A DNA stretch of 64,000 bases from Anaerolineae bacterium. Its GTDB lineage: Bacteria > Chloroflexota > Anaerolineae > Anaerolineales > UBA4823. The stretch covers positions 231,963 to 295,962 of the forward strand of contig QOQU01000002.1 in NCBI GenBank assembly GCA_003327455.1, read 5' to 3'. Under the pieces are notes generated by a model, which ran no database searches, had not been told where the DNA came from, and was given only the letters and a program-made list of their open reading frames with translations. How positions within the stretch are numbered: the first letter of the stretch is position 1; each line of letters starts with the position of its first letter. Positions 56,676 through 62,667 of the stretch are shown piece by piece. The translations under genes were made by a program, and so were the position numbers.

Positions 56676-59453
56676 TCAAACAACAATGTTTACCAAACGT
56701 CCGCGCACATAAATGACCTGTTTTGGTAAATCTCCGCTCAAGTGCTTCTGGACGATCGGACTTTCTAAAGCTGCCTGTTTTGCTTCTTCTTCGCTGACCG
56801 AAGCCGGTAATTCCAGCCGGTCACGCACTTTGCCATTGATCTGCACGACGAGGGTGATCATTTCTTCTTTTGCCGCTTCTTCATCAACCTGTGGCCAGGG
56901 TTGGACATGGATCGAGTAGGGTTTACCCAACAAATTCCATAGTTCTTCAGCAATATGAGGTGTTGCTGGAGCCATTAATCTCAAGTAAATATCTACCGCT
57001 TCTTCCCATTCAGGCGTTCCAAATGCGCCAGCTTCTTTGGCATTTACCATTCCGTTGAGCAATTCCATCAAGGAAGAAATAACCGTGTTAAACTCAAATT
57101 GCTCGTAATCTCGGGTGACCGAGCGGATAGTCTGGTGCACTTTGCGGCGCAAGGTTCTGAGAGCTTCCGGGGATGGTTGCCTGGTTCCTTTCGGTTCTTC
57201 CAGTATGGTTGCCCAAACCTTTCGTAACCATCGGGCAGTCCCTTCTATACCGCTGGAACTCCATGGAGCTCCCATATCCCAGCGGGCAAAGAACATCAAA
57301 TACGCTCGCACCGTGTCCGCACCATATTTTTCGACCAGTTCATCCGGAGCAATCACATTTCCTCGACTTTTAGACATCTTTTCTGAATCCTCCCCTAAAA
57401 TGACGCCTTGATTGCGTAGTTGGATCATCGGTTCAGGCCCCTTTGTGATGCCCATGTCTCGACAGGCCTTATGGAAAAAGCGAGTATAGATTAAGTGCAT
57501 TGTCGCATGTTCAATGCCACCTGTATAGGTATCCACAGGCATCCAGTAATCATACTCCTGCGGATCAAAAGGCCCTTGATCATACTTTGGGCTGAGGTAT
57601 CGCAAATGGTACCAGGAAGAACACATAAAGGTATCCATCGTGTCCGTTTCTCGTTCAGCCATCGATCCACAATTCGGACAGGTGGTAAAACGCCAGGTAG
57701 GATGCAGTTTCAATGGGCTTTCACCCGTTGGCAACCACTCAACATCGTCAGGTAACAAGACCGGAAGTTGGTCTTCAGGCACCGGCACTACACCACACTG
57801 CTGGCAGTAGATGATTGGTATCGGTGCCCCCCAATATCGTTGGCGAGAAATTAACCAATCACGTAATTTGTAATTAACTTTTGCCTGTCCAAGTCCTTTC
57901 TCTTCCAACCATTGGATGACCTGCTTAATGGCAACCTCTCCCTTTGTGCCGCTAAATTCTCCCGAATGAATCATATCTCCATATTGATCGTGATAGAGTA
58001 CATCGCGATAGTAAGGAATATCCCACAGATACTCCATGGTGGTTCGGTAGCGTTGGGTATTGGCATCCAACTTTTGAATTCGATTGAGGATTTCGCGATC
58101 CGCCTGGATAGTTGACAATGAAAGTAATTGATCAGAAAAGATAAATAACCATTCTGAACCCACAATCTCAACCCAACCATTCCCTTGTAACGCTTGTTGA
58201 GCTTTGTGAACAAATTCCTGGACTTGATCTTTACCGAGAACAACCGCGAGAGTCTCCTTGTCCTCTTCTTGAACAAGGCCTTTTGATCGTATGTATTCAA
58301 TAAATGCGGCGGAGACAAAAGATTTTCTAATTATCGACTTTCGTTGCGCATTGTGCTTCTCAATGACCGGTATGATCGGTAAACCGAACTTATGCGCAAA
58401 CTCAAAATCGCGTTCGTCGTGGGCCGGCACCGCCATAATTGCGCCGCTGCCATAGGTCATCAGGACGTAATCCGCAATCCAGATCGGTATCTTTTCATTG
58501 TTGACCGGATTGATTGCATAACCGCCTGTAAAGACTCCGGTTTTTTCCTTTCCTACCGCTTCACGCTGGATATCGCTTTGCCGTAAAGTAAAGGCAACAT
58601 ACTCCGCCACAGCCGCCTGTTGTTCTGAGGTCGTGATTTTTTCAACCAAGGGGTGTTCAGGCGCCAACACCATAAAAGTTGCTCCCCATAAAGTGTCTGG
58701 GCGAGTGGTGAAAACCTCTAAATCATCCCCCTGTTCAGTCCTGAATCGCACCATTGCCCCTTCTGAACGACCAATCCAATTGGTTTGAAGCAGTCTTACC
58801 CGTTCTGGCCAGTCTAAATTGGAAAAATCCAATAATTCTTCTGCGTATTTTGTGGTGCGAAAGAACCATTGCTCTAAATTCTTTTTGATGACCGGTGTAC
58901 CGCACCGCTCACAATGACGATCCTCACCCCAGACTTGCTCCCGTGCCAAGGTTGTATTGCATTGTGGACACCAGTCCACTGGTGCCATTTTACGATAGGC
59001 CAGGTCACTCTTAAACAGCTTTATGAAGAACCATTGTGTCCAACGATAGTATTCAGGGTCGGAAGAAATGGCTTCGCGTTCCCAGTCAAACATGGCTCCC
59101 ATGCTGCGCAACTGCTTGCGCATTCTTTCGATATTGGAATAGGTCCATTGTTTAGGATGAATTTTATGTTTGACGGCTGCGTTTTCGGCCGGCAATCCAA
59201 AAGCATCAAATCCCATCGGGAACAAAACATTAAAACCGCGCATTCGCATGTATCGGGCGCGAGCATCCGACGGCGCCATGGCATACCAATGGCCAATATG
59301 CAAGTCTCCAGAGGGGTAAGGAAGCATGGTCAGGGCATAATGCTTAGGTTTTGAATAATCAATTAACGAGCGATATAATCCATCTTTTTCCCATCTGGTT
59401 TGCCATTTGGGTTCAATTTCTGCGGGTTGATAGGGTTTAGGATGTTTCATCAT
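56676..59453 (-). CDS. leuS: Leucine--tRNA ligase (with ~110-aa extra segment after the CP1 editing domain)
   Basis: Contains the HIGH motif (PYPSGDLHIGH), the editing-domain motif TTRPDTLWGATF, AHDERDFEFA, and the KMSKS motif. The 925-aa protein uses a GGAGG Shine-Dalgarno. Confidence 0.95.
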   Translation of the reverse strand: MMKHPKPYQPAEIEPKWQTRWEKDGLYRSLIDYSKPKHYALTMLPYPSGDLHIGHWYAMAPSDARARYMRMRGFNVLFPMGFDAFGLPAENAAVKHKIHPKQWTYSNIERMRKQLRSMGAMFDWEREAISSDPEYYRWTQWFFIKLFKSDLAYRKMAPVDWCPQCNTTLAREQVWGEDRHCERCGTPVIKKNLEQWFFRTTKYAEELLDFSNLDWPERVRLLQTNWIGRSEGAMVRFRTEQGDDLEVFTTRPDTLWGATFMVLAPEHPLVEKITTSEQQAAVAEYVAFTLRQSDIQREAVGKEKTGVFTGGYAINPVNNEKIPIWIADYVLMTYGSGAIMAVPAHDERDFEFAHKFGLPIIPVIEKHNAQRKSIIRKSFVSAAFIEYIRSKGLVQEEDKETLAVVLGKDQVQEFVHKAQQALQGNGWVEIVGSEWLFIFSDQLLSLSTIQADREILNRIQKLDANTQRYRTTMEYLWDIPYYRDVLYHDQYGDMIHSGEFSGTKGEVAIKQVIQWLEEKGLGQAKVNYKLRDWLISRQRYWGAPIPIIYCQQCGVVPVPEDQLPVLLPDDVEWLPTGESPLKLHPTWRFTTCPNCGSMAERETDTMDTFMCSSWYHLRYLSPKYDQGPFDPQEYDYWMPVDTYTGGIEHATMHLIYTRFFHKACRDMGITKGPEPMIQLRNQGVILGEDSEKMSKSRGNVIAPDELVEKYGADTVRAYLMFFARWDMGAPWSSSGIEGTARWLRKVWATILEEPKGTRQPSPEALRTLRRKVHQTIRSVTRDYEQFEFNTVISSLMELLNGMVNAKEAGAFGTPEWEEAVDIYLRLMAPATPHIAEELWNLLGKPYSIHVQPWPQVDEEAAKEEMITLVVQINGKVRDRLELPASVSEEEAKQAALESPIVQKHLSGDLPKQVIYVRGRLVNIVV

Positions 59454-59532
59454 CGCCTCCGTTTTTACAAATTAGACTTGGCACAGCCGTTGCATCTATC
59501 CGTCTGGCATGTCTGGTCATTCTGGAGAGTCT

Positions 59533-60120
59533 ATGAAACCAAATCATCATCAAAGATGGCTGTCCTTCTTCCTACACTTATCACAACAAATCGATTCTCA
59601 AGTCACCTATTCAGGTTCACATAGCGCACAAGTAGCTCAGCTTGCTCGAGATACCGCTCGCAAGTTATCGCTTAGCGACGTTGAAGTGAGAAAGTTATAC
59701 TGGGCTTCGCTTTTCCATGATATTGGAAAAGTAGGCGTTCCGAGTGAGATTTTATCAAAAGAAGGACCTTTGGACGAGAAAGAATGGCAACTCATTCGAC
59801 TCCATCCCATCGTTGGTGCGAATTTTCTTCGATTTTGTGGATCACTATCATCAACATATCCAATCATTCTTTATCATCAAGAAAAGTTTGATGGTTCAGG
59901 ATACCCTTTTGGATTAAAAGGCGAATCAATACCAATCAGCTCACGTATTCTTGCCGTAGTGGATGCATACGATGCAATGACCAACCGAAGGGTCTACCGA
60001 CAACCGCTCAGTCCCAAACAAGCCATTGATGAGCTGTGGAAGCACCGCAATAAACAATTTGATCCGCGCATCGTTGAACAGTTCATCAATCTCCTAAGTG
60101 ATTTATCTTTTTCGATATAG
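59533..60120 (+). CDS. Stand-alone HD-GYP domain protein (putative c-di-GMP phosphodiesterase)
   Basis: Contains LFHDIGKVGVP, RLHPIVG and the HD-GYP signature YHQEKFDGSGYPFGL...AVVDAYDAMTNRRVYR. ATG 59533 follows GGAGAG, and the alternative start is 59509. The gene lies antisense to the leuS leader region. Confidence 0.85.
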   Translation: MKPNHHQRWLSFFLHLSQQIDSQVTYSGSHSAQVAQLARDTARKLSLSDVEVRKLYWASLFHDIGKVGVPSEILSKEGPLDEKEWQLIRLHPIVGANFLRFCGSLSSTYPIILYHQEKFDGSGYPFGLKGESIPISSRILAVVDAYDAMTNRRVYRQPLSPKQAIDELWKHRNKQFDPRIVEQFINLLSDLSFSI

Positions 60121-60130
60121 GCATTAAACG

Positions 60131-60375
60131 AAAACCTCCGTCCCACAGGGACGGAGGCAATCTCCGCGGTGCCACCCTGTTTACCTGCATTTGCAGGTCA
60201 ACTCAAGGGTGATAACGGTACCTCCGGCAACAATTACTTGGATTTCACTGTTGCAGATAGTCTCTTAACCGCAGGCGAGTTCAGCTTTATCGTGTTCCGC
60301 AAACACAATGTCTGGCTCACACCTCTCTCTCCAGACTCGCTGGCGGATAGCCTACTACTCCTGCTTCCTTTTCCA
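60131..60375 (-). promoter_or_regulatory. T-box riboswitch leader with Leu (CUC) specifier and intrinsic terminator
   Basis: Read on the minus strand:
- Stem I carries GGAGAGAGAGGTGTGA (AG bulge and distal loop).
- The specifier loop UGAA-CUC-G (codon at 60277-60279) is closed by GCAGG/CCUGC.
- The T-box sequence AGGGTGGCACCGCGG is at 60164-60178.
- The terminator stem CCTCCGTCCC/GGGACGGAGG (60135-60157) is followed by TTTT. Confidence 0.85.
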
Positions 60376-60388
60376 TTTTTCGATTGTG

Positions 60389-60461
60389 TGGACCCAGTGG
60401 GATTCGAACCCACGACCTTCTCAATGCCATTGAGACGCGCTCCCAACTGCGCTATGGGCCC
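60389..60461 (-). tRNA. tRNA-Ala (anticodon GGC), no encoded CCA
   Basis: The 73-nt cloverleaf reads GGGCCCA-TA-GCGC-AGTTGGGA-GCGC-G-TCTCA-ATGGCAT-TGAGA-AGGTC-GTGGG-TTCGAAT-CCCAC-TGGGTCC-A. The G3:U70 Ala identity pair is present. Confidence 0.92.
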
Positions 60462-60495
60462 ATCTATTTTGGGTCGGTTCTCTTTCCCTTCCCAG

Positions 60496-60568
60496 TGGAC
60501 CTGGAGGGATTCGAACCCTCGACCTCTTCAGTGCGATTGAAGCGCGCTCCCAACTGCGCTACAGGCCC
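60496..60568 (-). tRNA. tRNA-Ala (anticodon CGC), no encoded CCA
   Basis: The 73-nt cloverleaf reads GGGCCTG-TA-GCGC-AGTTGGGA-GCGC-G-CTTCA-ATCGCAC-TGAAG-AGGTC-GAGGG-TTCGAAT-CCCTC-CAGGTCC-A. The G3:U70 pair is present. Confidence 0.92.
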
Positions 60569-60585
60569 TTATCAGGCTATTCCCG

Positions 60586-60614
60586 ATTGTACCTGACCGA
60601 ACGAAAGCTGTCAA
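60586..60614 (-). promoter_or_regulatory. Near-consensus promoter (TTGACA-17-TACAAT) upstream of the tRNA-Ala pair
   Basis: On the minus strand, the -35 is at 60609-60614 and the -10 at 60586-60591. The tRNA 5' end at 60568 lies about 18 nt downstream of the -10. Confidence 0.6.
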
Positions 60615-60621
60615 GAAAAAC

Positions 60622-61431
60622 TTGACTCACAATTCGGCTGAAAAACAGGGATATAATTGCCTTGTGCTGATTAAAGATACACATCCTTTTTACTACCCGG
60701 GCAACCAGATCGCCTGCCTGCTTGTTCATGGTTTCACCAGTTCGCCTAGGGAAATGTCTCTCCTGGGCGAATTTCTCGCTGCCCAAGGCTTCACCGTATT
60801 GGCAATTCGCCTCTTCGCCCATGGCACCCGCTACCAGGATATGCCCCGCGCACGCTGGCAGGACTGGATTGCGAACATCGAGGATGGTTGGTACATTCTG
60901 AACGGGGAAAATCGTCCTCTGGTTCTAATTGGTTTTTCGTTAGGCGGCTCGCTTGCCTTATATTTTGCAGCCCATTTCCCTGTTCAGGCAGTTATCGTAA
61001 TCGCTTCGCCTCATCATCTTCCCAAAGACCCTCGACTTCCCTTCTTAAGACTGATCTCTCCTTTTTTTCCTTATCTCTCCAACTCTAAGCCACCCCTCTG
61101 GTATGATCAGAGCCAACGCCATCGGCACATTCGTTACCCCAATGACTCAACCAGAGCACTGGCAGAACTGAACACCTTTTTCTTCCACCTCCAACAATCC
61201 TTGCCAAGGATCACAGCCCCTGCGCTATTGATCTATTCAATGAACGATCCAACCGTAACGATGACGGAACAGCACATGGAAAAAATTACCGCTGCAATCC
61301 AAAGTCCTATAAAGGAGACGCTTATTTTAGAAAACAGTGGCCATATTTTGCCTTTGGATGCTCAAAGGGGACTGGTCAATCAGGCTTGTCTTGAATTTAT
61401 CCAACGCGTGACCAAACACAATGAATCGTGA
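60622..61431 (+). CDS. Alpha/beta hydrolase (carboxylesterase / lysophospholipase-like)
   Basis: Contains the HGFTSSP oxyanion region, the nucleophile elbow GFSLGG, and a C-terminal GHILP catalytic-His context. The start is uncertain: TTG 60622 or GTG 60664, and a TATAAT at 60652-60657 would favour the latter. Confidence 0.8.
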   Translation: MTHNSAEKQGYNCLVLIKDTHPFYYPGNQIACLLVHGFTSSPREMSLLGEFLAAQGFTVLAIRLFAHGTRYQDMPRARWQDWIANIEDGWYILNGENRPLVLIGFSLGGSLALYFAAHFPVQAVIVIASPHHLPKDPRLPFLRLISPFFPYLSNSKPPLWYDQSQRHRHIRYPNDSTRALAELNTFFFHLQQSLPRITAPALLIYSMNDPTVTMTEQHMEKITAAIQSPIKETLILENSGHILPLDAQRGLVNQACLEFIQRVTKHNES

Positions 61432-62623
61432 TTTTGTCATTTTAATCATCTCTCTGATATTATGGGGAATTGGAGAGGGTTCTTTTTTTTCTTTTATTCC
61501 CCTTTATCTCCAGGAACTCGGCGCAAAAGCCTTTCAAATTGGGGGGATTATGGGAGGGTTGAGTTTTGCTGCCATGTTATGTCATCTGCCGGCCGGATAC
61601 CTGGCCGATAAGTTAGGCAGGCGAACACTTATCATTGCCTCCTGGGCAATCGGATTGGTTGCAACAATCCTGATGTTTTTGACGAAGTCCTTACCCCTAT
61701 TCATGCTCTCTCTATTCTTATATGGCGCGACTGCTTTTGTTTTGGCTCCCCTGAACAGCTATGTCGCCCATGCAGCTCCCCATGGCTCTCTAAACCGCAT
61801 CTTGACGATAATCTCTGCCTCATTCAATTTTGGATACATGTTTGGTCCTTTAATTGGCGGCTTCCTTGGTGAAACATTTGGGCTCAGAAATCTTTTCCTC
61901 TTCGCGGCTATTCTATTTCTAATCTCAACTATCCTGGTTTTTGCACTTCGCTCTCAACCGATCACACCATCACCAAAAGGGATGGCATTTTTTCGCTCGA
62001 TATTTAATCTACGGTTCTCGGGTTTTGTTCTTGTCATTGCTCTAACCATCTTTGCTACCTACCTTCCGCAACCCCTGTCTCCAAATTACCTTCAAAACCA
62101 AAAGCTTCTCCCTCTAACTTCAATAGGCTTTCTTTTCTTTGTCAACGGGGGTGGAATTGTGACCTTTAATTTACTTTTGGGAACTTTCGCACCGCTCTTA
62201 GGCATTTTTACCAGCCAGGTATTGGTTATGCTTTTCAGCTTGCTGCTGATCAACACAAACACACTTCCAACGTTTATGCTTGCCTTTTTCATTTTAGGCA
62301 GTTATCGTGCAGCGCATACCGTCAGCGTCGCTCAATTACGTAACTATATTCAACCGGAAAGTATGGGGTTAGCTTACGGTTTTGCCGAGTCGGTTTTTGC
62401 TCTGGCAATGATACTGGCTTCGTTTTTTGCAGGTTATTTATACGAAAATAATCCCACCGCAATGTACTCAACGAGCATTCTTCTCATCCTTGTTGCGCTG
62501 GCATTTACTCTTGGCTTTACTTTCCTTACCCGCTCTAATGCAGAGAAATCCACAAGCAAATTAAACTCTGCAGACAAACAAAACGAGCTTTCTCTTCCGG
62601 AAAGCGAACAAACTTTGTCGTAA
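61421..62623 (+). CDS. MFS transporter
   Basis: There are about 12 TM helices and the MFS signature loop GYLADKLGRR. The start overlaps the hydrolase stop by 11 nt. Confidence 0.85.
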   Translation: MNRDFVILIISLILWGIGEGSFFSFIPLYLQELGAKAFQIGGIMGGLSFAAMLCHLPAGYLADKLGRRTLIIASWAIGLVATILMFLTKSLPLFMLSLFLYGATAFVLAPLNSYVAHAAPHGSLNRILTIISASFNFGYMFGPLIGGFLGETFGLRNLFLFAAILFLISTILVFALRSQPITPSPKGMAFFRSIFNLRFSGFVLVIALTIFATYLPQPLSPNYLQNQKLLPLTSIGFLFFVNGGGIVTFNLLLGTFAPLLGIFTSQVLVMLFSLLLINTNTLPTFMLAFFILGSYRAAHTVSVAQLRNYIQPESMGLAYGFAESVFALAMILASFFAGYLYENNPTAMYSTSILLILVALAFTLGFTFLTRSNAEKSTSKLNSADKQNELSLPESEQTLS

Positions 62624-62627
62624 CAAA

Positions 62628-62658
62628 GAGCGTGTCGGGATTGAAACCCGACACGCTC
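62628..62658. terminator. Hairpin between the convergent MFS and EF-G genes
   Basis: A 12-bp stem pairs GAGCGTGTCGGG with CCCGACACGCTC around a 7-nt loop. On the minus strand it is followed by TTTGTT. Confidence 0.55.
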
Positions 62659-62667
62659 GATGAGTGT

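Noticed and set aside
59509-60120. Possibility that the HD-GYP ORF is spurious and that the region is simply a long leuS 5' UTR
   Set aside because: The ORF contains the full set of HD-GYP catalytic motifs in the correct order (HDIGK, HP..G, HQEKFDGSGYP, D..DAMT..R.YR). This is very unlikely to arise by chance on the antisense strand of a UTR.
60169-60596. ORF-track entries 60169-60540 (+, 123 aa), 60234-60446 (-, 70 aa) and 60384-60596 (+, 70 aa)
   Set aside because: They lie entirely over the Leu T-box leader and the two tRNA-Ala genes. The peptides include translated tRNA sequence (e.g. GFEPTTF, DSNPRP), so they are structured-RNA artefacts rather than genes.
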